Source: Myxococcota bacterium (GTDB lineage Bacteria; Myxococcota_A; Polyangia; Polyangiales; Sandaracinaceae). From it: a stretch of DNA of 64,000 nucleotides. The notes beneath the pieces are model-generated. The model was not told the DNA's origin. It saw nothing but the letters and a program-made list of their open reading frames with translations, and did no database searches. A program made the translations under genes and the position numbers. Positions 9,722 through 21,500 of this stretch are shown piece after piece (within the stretch, counting starts at the first letter, position 1; each line of letters begins with the position of its first letter). The stretch spans positions 21,583 through 85,582 of the forward strand of contig JAYZQJ010000017.1 in the NCBI GenBank assembly GCA_036149055.1, written 5' to 3'.

Positions 9722-10867
9722 TCAGGACTCGGAGTCGGACGAGGACTCGGTCGCGGGCTCGGCCTCGGCCTCGGCCTCGGGCTCGGGCTCGGACTCGGTC
9801 GCGGGCTCGGGGGCGGAGTCGGGCTCGGGCTCGGGCTCGGGGGCGGAGTCGGAGGGGGCTTCGGCTTCGGAGGCGGAGCTGCGGAGCTCTCTCCACATCT
9901 CGAGCATGCCCTCGAGCTGGTCGGTCGAGGCCTGGGCCACCAGGCGCAGCTCGGCGCCTCGGACGCTCATGCGGATGGCGCGGAGGACGCGGCCGACGAC
10001 GGTGAAGCCGGCGCCGGGGGTCTCGAGGGCTCCGTCGATGCGGGCCTGGATGGCGTCGCGGAGGCGCTCGGCGTCGGCGGCGGTGGCCGTGCGGAGGGCG
10101 GCGCTGAGGGTCAGGCCGTCGCGCACGCCGACGCCGATGGCCAGGGCGCGCACGGTGGCGAGGACCGCGAGGTCGCCCTCGGCGCCGCGGGCGGCGCGGC
10201 GGAGGGTCGGGAGCCAGCGCTCGGGGAGCTCGCCGGCGAGCACCACGTCGCGTCCGGCGGCGACCTCGGCCCAGAGGGCGCCGAGGGTGCCGGTCGCGCG
10301 GGCCGAGGACGCGGCGCCGCGGTGGACGCGGATCGCTTGCGACACGCTCTCGCGATCGCCGCCGACCACGCCGTCGGCGCCGAGGAAGGCGGCGTGGCTC
10401 TCGCCGTGGGCCGAGGCGATCGCCGTCTCGCCCTCGATCTCGACCGGCTCGACCCCGCCGCCGCGCTCGTTCAGCACCGCCTCGACGCAGCGGACGAGCT
10501 GCTCGCGGCGGGATCGGCCGCGCGCCACCTCGCCCCGGGCGACGAAGCCGGCGTACTCGAACGGGTCCTCGTCGGGGCCGCTCGCGAAGATCACCACGTC
10601 GTCGACCAGGGCGAGCGGGTCGTAGCCGCAGACGCGCTCGATGCGGCGGGCGCCGGTCGCCTCCTCCTGGTCCATCGCCAGCCGCCAGATCGCGGAGTCG
10701 AGCAGCGCGTCGACGTCCACGCGGGCGACGACCCGGGCGTCCGCCGGCGCCACCGCGAGCGGATCGGCGGGCACGTCGTCTTCGCCCACCAGGCTCATCG
10801 CGATCCCGCCGCCGAGGATCACGACGGCGGTCAGCACCAGCCAGCGGGAGCGACGCCAGAGCTCCAT
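9722..10867 (-). CDS. Hypothetical membrane-anchored protein with acidic E/P/S tail
   Basis: N-terminal TM helix; low-complexity C-terminus; abuts the upstream gene. Confidence 0.75.
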   Translation of the reverse strand: MELWRRSRWLVLTAVVILGGGIAMSLVGEDDVPADPLAVAPADARVVARVDVDALLDSAIWRLAMDQEEATGARRIERVCGYDPLALVDDVVIFASGPDEDPFEYAGFVARGEVARGRSRREQLVRCVEAVLNERGGGVEPVEIEGETAIASAHGESHAAFLGADGVVGGDRESVSQAIRVHRGAASSARATGTLGALWAEVAAGRDVVLAGELPERWLPTLRRAARGAEGDLAVLATVRALAIGVGVRDGLTLSAALRTATAADAERLRDAIQARIDGALETPGAGFTVVGRVLRAIRMSVRGAELRLVAQASTDQLEGMLEMWRELRSSASEAEAPSDSAPEPEPEPDSAPEPATESEPEPEAEAEAEPATESSSDSES

Positions 10868-10868
10868 G

Positions 10869-12092
10869 TCAGGCCCGGCCGCGCAGCGCGCGGAGGAAGG
10901 CGTCGGCCTGCTCGAGGGGCACGCGGGTCAGCCGTAGCGGCCGCCGGGCGCGCGCGCTCAGGTCCATCGTGACCCGGCCGCGAGCGCCGGGGACGAGCAC
11001 GTCGAGCGCGAGGTCGAGCGCGGCCCCGCCGAGGATGAGCCCCGCGGCCACCAGCAGGAGGATCAGCTCGCCGCTCCGGGCGCCGTCGAAGAGCACCACG
11101 CCGCCGAGCAGGACCCCGACCGCGAGCGCGACCACGCCCACCAGCAGATGCAGCGCCGGGTAGCGGACCCGCCGCCCCGCGCCCTCGAGCGCGTCGAGGC
11201 GCCAGCGCTCCTCGCCGTCCCGGACCACCCGGCCGAGCATCGAGATCTCGGTGCGCACGGTGACCGCGCCGCCGCTCAGCTCCAGCGCGGCGCTCCGACG
11301 CACCCCGAGCAAGAACCCGAGCCCGCGGACCAGCCAGGTGAGGAGCGCCCAGCCGCTGACCCAGCGCAGCACCTCCACCGCCGAGCCCCGCGGGGCGCGG
11401 CCGAGCGCGCCCTCCACCCGGGTCGGGCCGACGCTCAGCTCGTCCGCGCCGTCGCCCGCGAGGGTGCTGGCGAGGAGCCGCGTCGGCTCGTCGAGCGCGG
11501 CCGAGCGGATGACGTCGCGCAGGGCGTCCTTGGCCGCGGCGGAGCTGGAGTCCGAGAGCGCGGTGAGCCGACCGGCGTTCCGGGCCCGGACCTCGGGGCG
11601 CTCGCCGTCGCGGCCGGCCGCCTCGTCCACCACCGCCTGCGCGACCTCGGCCCACACCTCCGCCGCGCGCGCCTCGTCGAGGAGCCGGTCGACGAACGGG
11701 TAGACCGCGTAGTCGGTGCCGAGCTCCAGCCAGTCGGCGTGCCGGACGAAGCGCCAGACCCGCTCCTTCCGGTCGGCGCCCTCCGTCCGGCCGAGGCCGG
11801 CCACCGCGAAGGCGGCCACGAGGGCGCGCTCCAGCGCCGAGTCCGGGCCCCGCTCCAGGATCGACAGGAGGTTGCCGGCCTCGGTGGCCGCGCCCTCCCG
11901 GGTGACCGAGTGCGCCTCGGCCCGCGCGGACACGAGCTTCTCACCCGCGTAGAAGGTGCGCCCCTCGGCCTGACGCGAGAGGAGATCGAACGCGAGCGCC
12001 GCGAGGGGGGCCTGGGCCTCCCCCGCCTCGCGCACGGCGGCGACCGCGCGCTCCACGTCGCTCGCCCGGACCGGCTGTGCCTCGCTCGCCAT
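10869..12092 (-). CDS. Hypothetical membrane protein
   Basis: 407 aa ORF with C-terminal TM helices and host codon bias. Confidence 0.75.
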   Translation of the reverse strand: MASEAQPVRASDVERAVAAVREAGEAQAPLAALAFDLLSRQAEGRTFYAGEKLVSARAEAHSVTREGAATEAGNLLSILERGPDSALERALVAAFAVAGLGRTEGADRKERVWRFVRHADWLELGTDYAVYPFVDRLLDEARAAEVWAEVAQAVVDEAAGRDGERPEVRARNAGRLTALSDSSSAAAKDALRDVIRSAALDEPTRLLASTLAGDGADELSVGPTRVEGALGRAPRGSAVEVLRWVSGWALLTWLVRGLGFLLGVRRSAALELSGGAVTVRTEISMLGRVVRDGEERWRLDALEGAGRRVRYPALHLLVGVVALAVGVLLGGVVLFDGARSGELILLLVAAGLILGGAALDLALDVLVPGARGRVTMDLSARARRPLRLTRVPLEQADAFLRALRGRA

Positions 12093-12131
12093 GGGCGGCG
12101 GAAGATAGCAGAGCCGGCCCGAGGGCCAACG

Positions 12132-13097
12132 TCAGCGCATCTCGACGCCGTACGCGACCCGGGCGATGTCGTAGACGTCGCCCGGCACGTTCACCGTCAC
12201 GGAGAGAGTACCGGCGGCGGCGCTCGCCGAGGCCACGTCCAGCGTCAGGAGGTGATCGGCGCCGGGGGCGAGCGTGATCGTCCCGGTGGCGAGGGCGACC
12301 CCGTTCACCGTCAGGTCGTCGACACTCCCCGCGGTCCAGTCGAGCGTGCGCGTCTCCGCGCCGTGGTTGACGATCCGGTGCGTCAGCCGATGCGGGCGCC
12401 CGACCTCGCCCAGGCTCGCGTGGTCGAGCCCGATCGAGAACGGGTTGGCCTCGAGCCGGAGCTCGATCTCGCCGGGGGTCAGCGTCGAGCGAGGGCCGTT
12501 GATCCAGGTCTCCTGCGGCGCGCTCGACCACCCGTCTCCGACCTCGTCGATCGGCGTGAACCGGAGCCCCAGGGCGGTCGCCGCCACGGCTCCGATCAGG
12601 TCGGGGTAGCTCGCGGTGAGGGTCACCTCGGTCTCCGTCTCCCCGCGCGCGACGCGCATGGTCAGCTCCTGCGGCGGGTGGTGCATCGTCCCAGCGTGTG
12701 TGATGGGAGTGAACGCCCATCGCGAGCCGGACGGATGAGTGAGCCGCCACCGGGCCTCGAGGCGATTCAGCCCCAACGGCTCCACGCCCAGGTGGCGCAG
12801 CGACACCCCGGCCCAGGGGATCGTGCGGCCCTCGACCGGCTCGGGCGCGACTCCTCCATCGGGGCCGGAGTCGGGGCCGGAGTCGGGGCCGGAGTCGGGC
12901 GGGGGCGCGCCGGAGTCGAGCCCCGGGTCCATCGGCACGGCGCAGTCGACCGGGGGCGGCGGAGGAGGCGGCGGAGGAGGAGGAGGCACGGACACGTCCG
13001 GGTGCCCGACGCCGGCGTCCTCGGGGTCGGGGCAGTGGCTCTGGTTGCAGGCGGCGGCGATCATCGCCGCGAGCGCGCACGTCGCGATTCGAAGCAT
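12132..13097 (-). CDS. Hypothetical lipoprotein with Pro-rich linker and Ig-like C-terminus
   Basis: MLRIATCALAAMIAAAC lipobox; GGAGG SD; poly-Pro and DSGP repeats. Confidence 0.7.
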   Translation of the reverse strand: MLRIATCALAAMIAAACNQSHCPDPEDAGVGHPDVSVPPPPPPPPPPPPVDCAVPMDPGLDSGAPPPDSGPDSGPDSGPDGGVAPEPVEGRTIPWAGVSLRHLGVEPLGLNRLEARWRLTHPSGSRWAFTPITHAGTMHHPPQELTMRVARGETETEVTLTASYPDLIGAVAATALGLRFTPIDEVGDGWSSAPQETWINGPRSTLTPGEIELRLEANPFSIGLDHASLGEVGRPHRLTHRIVNHGAETRTLDWTAGSVDDLTVNGVALATGTITLAPGADHLLTLDVASASAAAGTLSVTVNVPGDVYDIARVAYGVEMR

Positions 13098-13210
13098 GGT
13101 TCCTCCAGCCACCGCGAGAACGCAAGACATGCGCCACCGAGGTTTGCAGCGCCGGAGCGCGCGGAGGTGCCGCAGAACGTCAACTCCTCGCGCTGCGGTG
13201 ACGAGATGCG

Positions 13211-13999
13211 TCAGTCGGAGAGCGGCTCGACGGCGTCTCCGACCCGCAAGGTTCCGCTCCCATCGTGCACGCAGTTCTGCCCGAAGTAGACGCTGCGATC
13301 CCGCTTGCGGATGTTGGCGAGCGCGGAGAGATGGTCCCGGGTCGACTCTCCGCGGTCCGGATCGACGTCGATCACCGCGCAGCGCGCGCAAGCCTTCGTG
13401 CCGTGGAAGGTCACCGGGCCGATGCGGAAGCGCCCCCAGTCGTCCTCCGCAAAAGCCGACGCGCCCTCCACCACGAGGTTCGGTCGGAAGCGGCGCACGT
13501 CCGCCTCGGCGCCGAGCGCGCCGGCGAACGCCGCGAGGCTGCCGTCGCTCACCACCAGGAACGGGAAGCCGTCGGCGAAGGACACGAGGTCGCCCTCGCG
13601 CGCGTGCTCGAGGTCCACCTGCCGCCGAGTCCGGCGGGGCATGCGCACCAGCCGGACCTCTTGCCCGAGCGCGTCCGAGAGGAAGCGAGCCGGCTCGTCC
13701 CCCGCGTCGACCGCCTCGACGTCGTCCTCCCACACGGTGACCGAGAGGGGCGGCCCCTCGACCTCGCGGGAGATCCGCACCGAGGCCTCGCCGTGCGCGA
13801 TCACGAGCTCCCCGTCCTCCACGTGCGGCGCGAGGAGCGCCATCCGGGGCAGCGTGCGCTGGGTGAGGAAGTGCCCGCTCGGCTTCACGACCATGAAGCG
13901 GCGGTCGTGCACGAGGCCGCGGTCGTCGACCTCGGCCGCGTCGACCTGGACGCCGGCGAGGCTCTTGACGGGGTAGACCCAGATCTGTCCGAGGCGCAC
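13211..13999 (-). CDS. MOSC-domain protein (YcbX/mARC-like)
   Basis: IWVYPVKS, DRRFM, FADGFP, RRFRPNLVV, CARC, FGQN. Confidence 0.92.
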   Translation of the reverse strand: MRLGQIWVYPVKSLAGVQVDAAEVDDRGLVHDRRFMVVKPSGHFLTQRTLPRMALLAPHVEDGELVIAHGEASVRISREVEGPPLSVTVWEDDVEAVDAGDEPARFLSDALGQEVRLVRMPRRTRRQVDLEHAREGDLVSFADGFPFLVVSDGSLAAFAGALGAEADVRRFRPNLVVEGASAFAEDDWGRFRIGPVTFHGTKACARCAVIDVDPDRGESTRDHLSALANIRKRDRSVYFGQNCVHDGSGTLRVGDAVEPLSD

Positions 14000-14031
14000 G
14001 CCGCGAGCATGAGCCCCGGCCGGCCCCGCGT

Positions 14032-15111
14032 CTACAGCCCCAGCTTCTCGCGGAGCGCGGCGAGCTCCTCGTCGACGCTCGGATCCCGCTCCGGCTCGTC
14101 CGCCCGGGGCGCGGCGGGCTGGTCCGGATCGCCGAGGCGCTCGAAGCCCACCGGGAGCCCGGTCGGGCGCGCGCCCTCGAGCTCGCCCCGCGCGAGCCCC
14201 TGCACGATCTCGGCGGCCCGCGCCGCGCCCTGAGCCGCCTCGAGGCCGAGGGAGGCCTCCCGGCCCTGGGTCAGCGCCTCGTCGGCGAGCGCCGCGTCGA
14301 GGGTGACGGCGAGGGTCGCGGTGGAGTCGGCGAAGCGCGCGAGCTCGGCCTCCTCGATCACGTGGGCGAGCCGCAGCTCGCTCCGGCGCGGCGGCACGAA
14401 GATCAGCGCGGCCCCGGTCGCCATCCCTCGGATCGTCTCGGCGCCGCCGACCCGGCCGAGCACCGCGTCGGCGATCTGGTAGGCGTCGAGCGCGTCCGCT
14501 CCGTCGGCGAACATCATCGCGTCGAGCCCGTAGCCGGGCACCTGCTGGCGGAGCCGCCGGGCGAGCTCGGGATCGCTGCCGACGTCGAAGAGCCAGCGCA
14601 CGTCCTCGCGCACGAGCGAGAGCTGCACGAGCCCGGGCGCGAGGTCGCCCTGCTCGAGCGCGTGCCCCCGCACCACCACGCAGCGCCCCTCGACCTCGCG
14701 GGCCGCGCGCAGCGCGTCGCGATCCTCGGCCGGGCTCCACCCGTCGGGCGCGATCGGCCCCGCCACCCGCACCCGATCCCGGCGCGCCCCGAGCGCGATC
14801 ACCTCCGGCACGAGCGCCTCGTGCGGCACGATGACGAGGTCGGCGTCGAGCTCGCCGCGCCACTCCGAGCGCAGGAACGGCAGCACCGCCACCCGCAGCG
14901 GGACCCTCGCCTCGGCCGCCCGCTCCAGCGACCCGGCGTCCAGCGCGACCGCCACCCGGGCGTCCTCGAGCGACGTGGTCTCGGGCACCGGCAGCGCGAT
15001 CCCGCTGCCCTCCGCCTCGCCCTCGTCGCCCTCACCCAGCGCTCGCTCGAGCGCGGCCGCGATCCCTCGCCGGGCGGCCCCGGCGTCAGCGTCGTAGAGA
15101 ACTTTGATCAC
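14032..15111 (-). CDS. Degenerate GT-B glycosyltransferase-like protein
   Basis: GTG overlaps the stop of the upstream gene. DLVIVPHE..RVRVAGPI and YQIADAVLGRVGG resemble MGDG-synthase/MurG-like folds. Confidence 0.55.
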   Translation of the reverse strand: MIKVLYDADAGAARRGIAAALERALGEGDEGEAEGSGIALPVPETTSLEDARVAVALDAGSLERAAEARVPLRVAVLPFLRSEWRGELDADLVIVPHEALVPEVIALGARRDRVRVAGPIAPDGWSPAEDRDALRAAREVEGRCVVVRGHALEQGDLAPGLVQLSLVREDVRWLFDVGSDPELARRLRQQVPGYGLDAMMFADGADALDAYQIADAVLGRVGGAETIRGMATGAALIFVPPRRSELRLAHVIEEAELARFADSTATLAVTLDAALADEALTQGREASLGLEAAQGAARAAEIVQGLARGELEGARPTGLPVGFERLGDPDQPAAPRADEPERDPSVDEELAALREKLGL

Positions 15112-16559
15112 GAATGCCCCTGCCCACTTCCCGTGCCCCTGCCCGTGCCCGTGCCCATGCCCGCGAGCTCCGATTCTGATTCCGATTCCGGTTCTGCGTC
15201 CGAGACCGAATCCGAGACCGACTCCGAATCCGAGACCGAATCCGAATCCGAGACCGAATCCGAATCCGGGACCGAATCCGAGACCGATTCCGAGCCCGCG
15301 ACCGGCTCCGATTCCGAGCCCGCGACCGGCTCCGAGACCGACTCCACCTCCGGCGCGACCTCGTCCAGATCCTCCCCCGCCGTGGCCCTCGCCTTGGCGG
15401 CGGCCATCTCCGCCGAGTCCGGCAGCCCCTCCTCGGCGAGCATGCCGGAGAGGGGGCGACCGGGGTGCAAGTAGAGGTGACTCTTGCGGTACCAGGCGAG
15501 CAGGCGCATCACGAAGATCTTCGCCACCGCGGCCGCCGGGACCGAGAGGAGCACGCCGAGGAAGCCGAAGAGCTCGCCGCCGACCATGAGCGCGATGAGC
15601 ACCCAGATCGCCGGGAGACCGACCTTGTCGCCGACGATGCGGGGCGTGATCACGAAGCCCTCGAGCACCTGGATGATCGTGTACGCGGCCACCACGCCGA
15701 TGATCTGACCCCAGCCCTGCCAGCTGAGGAGGCACATCAGCAGGGCCAGGACGAGCGCGGTGGCGCCGCCCACGTAGGGGATGAACGAGACCAGGCCGGC
15801 GACGATGCCGATCGGGATCGCGAGGCGCACCCCGGCGATGGAGTAGGCGACCGCGTAGAGCACCGCGAGGGCCAGCATCACCAGCACCTGCCCGCGGATG
15901 AACTGGCCGAGGACCTCGTCGACCTCGCGGGCCACGTCGACCACGAACGGGCGGTAGCGGAGCGGCACCAGGTCCCGGATGCCCGCGGTCATGCGGTCGA
16001 AGTCGTGGAGCAGATAGAAGGCGATCACCGGCACGATGAGCAGGCTCGTCACCACCGCCAGGAGCGAGGTCGTGCGGCCCCAGATCCAGCCCGCGATCGT
16101 GCCCATCACCGTGGCCGCGCGCCCGGCGAGATCGGTCGGCGCCAGATCGCCGCCCTCGCCGCCGTCCTCCACCAGCGCGCGGAGGTCGTCGAACGAGTGC
16201 GGCACCTCCACGCCGTAGGTGGCGAGCCACGGCTCCACCGTGCGGCGGATCCCCTCGAGCTTCTCGGGCAGCTCGCTCGCGAAGAGCGCCACCTCCCGGA
16301 CCACCATCGGAACGAGCACCAGCGCGCCCAGCGTCATCGCGCCGAGGGTCAGCGCCAGGAGGATCACGATGCCGACCGCGCGGGGCAGGCCTCGCTCCTC
16401 GAAGCGATCCACCAGCGGATCGAGCAGGTAGGCGATGAGGAACGCGAAGAAGATCGGCGTGAGCACGCCGCGGAGCGCGTAGACCGCGAGCCCCACCCCG
16501 GCGATCGCGATCAGCGCGAGCAGCCAGCGCGGGAACCGGACCCCCTCGGAAGACGCCAC
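15108..16559 (-). CDS. AI-2E family transporter
   Basis: AYLLDPLV, FIRGQ, FIPYVG, QVLEGFVITPRIVG, GFLGVLLSVP; acidic S/D/E repeat tail. Confidence 0.9.
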   Translation of the reverse strand: MASSEGVRFPRWLLALIAIAGVGLAVYALRGVLTPIFFAFLIAYLLDPLVDRFEERGLPRAVGIVILLALTLGAMTLGALVLVPMVVREVALFASELPEKLEGIRRTVEPWLATYGVEVPHSFDDLRALVEDGGEGGDLAPTDLAGRAATVMGTIAGWIWGRTTSLLAVVTSLLIVPVIAFYLLHDFDRMTAGIRDLVPLRYRPFVVDVAREVDEVLGQFIRGQVLVMLALAVLYAVAYSIAGVRLAIPIGIVAGLVSFIPYVGGATALVLALLMCLLSWQGWGQIIGVVAAYTIIQVLEGFVITPRIVGDKVGLPAIWVLIALMVGGELFGFLGVLLSVPAAAVAKIFVMRLLAWYRKSHLYLHPGRPLSGMLAEEGLPDSAEMAAAKARATAGEDLDEVAPEVESVSEPVAGSESEPVAGSESVSDSVPDSDSVSDSDSVSDSESVSDSVSDAEPESESESELAGMGTGTGRGTGSGQGHS

Positions 16560-16649
16560 GAGGTCTTCTAACACGTGACGCGAGCGCATCTTCACGCTTC
16601 GCGGCCGCCGCCGTACCAGGTACCCTCCGACGGGAAAAGTGCGGGGCCC

Positions 16650-18173
<1,524 letters not shown>

Positions 18174-18205
18174 GCCGCGAAAACACCTCATGATGTGCGC
18201 GTGGG

Positions 18206-18934
18206 GTGAAGGCGAAACAGAGGTGGCCGGAGGAGGGGCGCCTCACCCGGCGTGAGCCCGTGGGCGACGAGGAGCTCGCGGCGCTGGGCGCGGTCGTGCT
18301 CGGCGGCGCCCTCGGGGTGCCGGGCATGCTCGCCGCCGGGCCGGTCGGCGCTCTGGTCGGCCTCGCGGCCGCGGCGAGCGCCTTCGGCTACGCGGAGGTG
18401 AAGCGCTGGCTGCACCGGGACGGCGCCCGGACCTTCGCCATGCGCCGCCGCATCCGCGCGCTGGGCGGGCCGGCGCCGATCGGGCGCGCGCAGCCGGGCC
18501 TGCGCCGGGTCGAGGGCCGGGTGAAGATCCTCGAGCCCGCGCACCTCGACGGACCCTGCGCCGCGTGGTGGGCCCGCCGCGTGGAGATCGAGCGCCGCTT
18601 CGACGGCCTGAGCCGCTCGGGCCGCCCGGTGCACGTCTTCGAGGAGCGCCAGGGCTGCGGCAACCTCGCCATCGTCGACGAGACCGGCGTGGCGCTCGTC
18701 GTCGGCTCCCGGGCCACCCTCTGGTGCGAGTCGGCGTTCGCGAGCTTCGGCCCGGGCGGCGGCATCCTCCGGCTCGACGAGGGCGATCGCGTCGAGGTCG
18801 TCGGGCTGGCGCGCCGCGGCGAGAGCCAGCGCGCGAGCGACGACGCCCCGAGCGGCTACCGGCACGCGGCGAAGTGCCTGCTCTTCGATCAGTCGCCGCT
18901 GCTGATCTTGCGCGAGCCGCGCCGGGTGCGCTGA
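18206..18934 (+). CDS. Hypothetical membrane protein, GIDE-like beta domain
   Basis: TM segment followed by VEGRV..IVDETGVALV..LDEGDRVEVVG pattern; start uncertain. Confidence 0.55.
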   Translation: MKAKQRWPEEGRLTRREPVGDEELAALGAVVLGGALGVPGMLAAGPVGALVGLAAAASAFGYAEVKRWLHRDGARTFAMRRRIRALGGPAPIGRAQPGLRRVEGRVKILEPAHLDGPCAAWWARRVEIERRFDGLSRSGRPVHVFEERQGCGNLAIVDETGVALVVGSRATLWCESAFASFGPGGGILRLDEGDRVEVVGLARRGESQRASDDAPSGYRHAAKCLLFDQSPLLILREPRRVR

Positions 18935-19071
18935 TCGCGGACGAGGTCGCTCGCCTTCACGTCGGGCTTCTGCAGCACGCGCGGCTTCTTGCGCCGGCCG
19001 GCCATCTTCCAGACCAGGTACGCGACCGCCGCCAGCCACACGAGCCCCGCGGCGACGACCTGCCAGCTCAT
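18889..19071 (-). CDS. Small FeoB-associated membrane protein
   Basis: ATGA overlap with the feoB stop; MSWQVVAAGLVWLAAVAYLVWKM TM helix plus basic tail. Confidence 0.65.
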   Translation of the reverse strand: MSWQVVAAGLVWLAAVAYLVWKMAGRRKKPRVLQKPDVKASDLVRDQRTRRGSRKISSGD

Positions 19072-21245
19072 GTGAACCCGAGCAGCAGCCCGCCCTGATA
19101 GGTCAGCAGCGCGCCCACGTAGGCGAGCGCCGTCATGTAGGCGACCATGAAGAGCGGCCACTTCCAGGTCCCGCTCTCGCGCTTGATGACCGCCAGGGTG
19201 CTCATGCACTGGGCGGCGAGCACGAAGAAGACCATCAGCGAGAAGCCGCTCAGCGGGGTGAACAGGAGGCTGCCGTCGTCGCGGCGCGCCTCGGCGAGGG
19301 CGGCCCGGAGCGGCACGCTCTCCTCGTCCTCCTCCGCGCCGATGCCCCACACCACGCCGAGGGTGCTGACGAGCACCTCGCGGGCGGCGAACGATCCGAT
19401 CAGCCCGACGCCGATGCGCCAGTCGAACCCGAGCGGCTCGATCAGCGGCTCGATCGCGTGCCCCAGCTTGCCGGCCGCGCTGTGCGGCAGCTGCGCCTCG
19501 GCCTCGCGCGCGTCGAGCTCCCCGAGCCGCTCCTCGAGCGCCTCGCCGGACAGCGCCTCGCTCGCCTCGGCCCGCAGGCCGTCGAAGCGCGCGGTGACCG
19601 GCTCGCTCGTGGGGTACGAGAGGAGCCCCCAGAGCACGATGGTGATCGCGAGGATGATCGTGCCCGCGTCGGTGAGGAAGGTCTGGACCCGACGCCAGAC
19701 CGCCGAGCCCACGTTGCGCGCGCCCGGCACGCGATAGGGCGGCAGCTCGAGGACCAGCGCGGGGCGGGGACCGCGGAGCACCGTGCGCCGCATGACCGCC
19801 GCCGCGCTCAGCGTCGCGAGCACGCTGAGCGCATACATCGTGAAGAGCACGAGCGCGCCCATCGAGATCACGCCGCCCACCCGCTCGTTCGCCGGGAACA
19901 CCACCGCGATCACGAGCGCGTAGATCGGCAGGCGGGCGCTGCAGCTCATCAGCGGCAGGGCCAGCATCGTGACCAGGCGGTCCTTGCGGTTCTCGATGGT
20001 GCGCGTCGCCATCACCGCGGGCACCGCGCAGGCGAAGCCGCTGAGGAGCGGGACGAACGCCTTCCCGTGCAGCCCGACGCCGCTCATCACGCGATCGATC
20101 ACGAAGGCGACGCGGGCCAGGTAGCCGCTGTCCTCGAGCACCGCGATGAAGACGAAGAGCAGCGCGATCTGCGGCACGAACACCACGACGTTGCCCACGC
20201 CCGCGATCACGCCCTCGACGAGGAGATCGGTCAGCGGGCCGGGCGGCAGCGTGGCGACGGTCAGCCCCTGCGCCGCGCCGACGGCGTCCTCGATCAGCCC
20301 GATGAGCGGGTCCGACCACGCGAAGAGCGCCTCGAAGAGCACGAACATCACGAGCGCGAAGGCGGCGAGGCCGAGCACCGGGTGGGTCAGCGCCGCGTCG
20401 AGCCGGGCGGTGAGCGCGCGGGTGGCCCCGCCCTCGGGCGCCGTCACCGCGTCGCGCACCCAGCCGTCGATCCGCGCGTAGCGCGCCGCGATCAGCTCGC
20501 GGTCGACGTCGCGCCCCGTCTCCTCGGCCCGCGCCCGGACCCCGGCCACGACCTCCCGGAGCGACGCCGGCACGCCGACCAGCTCGTCGTCCCCGAGCGA
20601 CAGGAGCGCCCAGGTCGAGCGCGCCCGGATCGCCGACGCCGGCTCGTCCGGGTGCAGCCCCGACGCCACCGCCTCGATCTCGACCACGTCGGTCTCGAGC
20701 GGCCCCTCGAGCGGCTCCGGCGCGCGCGCCTGGGCTTCGTCGGCGAGCGCCTCCTTCACGGCCGCGCCGAGCGCGTCCAGCCCCTCGCGCCGCACGGCCG
20801 AGATCGAGACCACGCGCGCGCCGGTGCGCGACGCCAGCGCCTCCTCGTCGACGGCCACGCCCATCTTGCGGGCCTCGTCGATCATGTTGAGCGCGATGAC
20901 CGTCGGCCGGCCGGTCTCGACGATCTGGAGCGCGAGGTAGAGGTGCCGCTCGAGCGCGGTCGCGTCGGCCACCACGATCACCGCGTCGGGCGCGGGCCCC
21001 TCGGGCGGCAGGATCGCGTCGACCGCGACCTGCTCCTCGGGCGAGCGGGCGCTGAGGCTGTAGGTGCCCGGGACGTCGAAGAGCTCCACCGAGTCGCCGC
21101 CCACGCTCCAACGGCCGCTCCGGCGATCGATGGTGATGCCCGGGTAGTTCCCGGTCCGCGCGCGGGCGCCGGTGAGCGCGTTGAAGAGCGTGGTCTTGCC
21201 CGCGTTGGGGTTGCCCGCGAGGGCGACGGTCCGGCGCGCGCTCAT
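19068..21245 (-). CDS. feoB: Ferrous iron transporter B
   Basis: GNPNAGKT, NYPGIT, DVPG, NMID, GYLARVAF, GFACAVPA, MSCSARLP, AREV. Confidence 0.96.
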   Translation of the reverse strand: MSARRTVALAGNPNAGKTTLFNALTGARARTGNYPGITIDRRSGRWSVGGDSVELFDVPGTYSLSARSPEEQVAVDAILPPEGPAPDAVIVVADATALERHLYLALQIVETGRPTVIALNMIDEARKMGVAVDEEALASRTGARVVSISAVRREGLDALGAAVKEALADEAQARAPEPLEGPLETDVVEIEAVASGLHPDEPASAIRARSTWALLSLGDDELVGVPASLREVVAGVRARAEETGRDVDRELIAARYARIDGWVRDAVTAPEGGATRALTARLDAALTHPVLGLAAFALVMFVLFEALFAWSDPLIGLIEDAVGAAQGLTVATLPPGPLTDLLVEGVIAGVGNVVVFVPQIALLFVFIAVLEDSGYLARVAFVIDRVMSGVGLHGKAFVPLLSGFACAVPAVMATRTIENRKDRLVTMLALPLMSCSARLPIYALVIAVVFPANERVGGVISMGALVLFTMYALSVLATLSAAAVMRRTVLRGPRPALVLELPPYRVPGARNVGSAVWRRVQTFLTDAGTIILAITIVLWGLLSYPTSEPVTARFDGLRAEASEALSGEALEERLGELDAREAEAQLPHSAAGKLGHAIEPLIEPLGFDWRIGVGLIGSFAAREVLVSTLGVVWGIGAEEDEESVPLRAALAEARRDDGSLLFTPLSGFSLMVFFVLAAQCMSTLAVIKRESGTWKWPLFMVAYMTALAYVGALLTYQGGLLLGFT

Positions 21246-21493
21246 GACCGCTCTCGCACGTCGGCGAGCGCGATGCCCGCGGCCTCCTGCCGGCGGATGC
21301 TGAGCGAGTAGCTGCGCACCCGGAGCTCGATGGGATCGCCGAGCGGCGCGACCCGCACGACCTTCACCCGGGTGCCCGGGAGCACCCCCATCTCCATCAG
21401 CCGGCGCGACACCGCGCGGGGGCCGCGGACGTCGACCACGGTCGCTTCGGCGCCGACCGAGAGGTCGGCGAGGGTCGGGCCTTCGTCACTCAC
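21242..21493 (-). CDS. feoA: Ferrous iron transport protein A
   Basis: RRLMEMGVLPG..RVAPLGDPI..LSIRRQEA; overlaps the feoB start. Confidence 0.93.
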   Translation of the reverse strand: MSDEGPTLADLSVGAEATVVDVRGPRAVSRRLMEMGVLPGTRVKVVRVAPLGDPIELRVRSYSLSIRRQEAAGIALADVRERS

Positions 21494-21500
21494 GGAGGAA

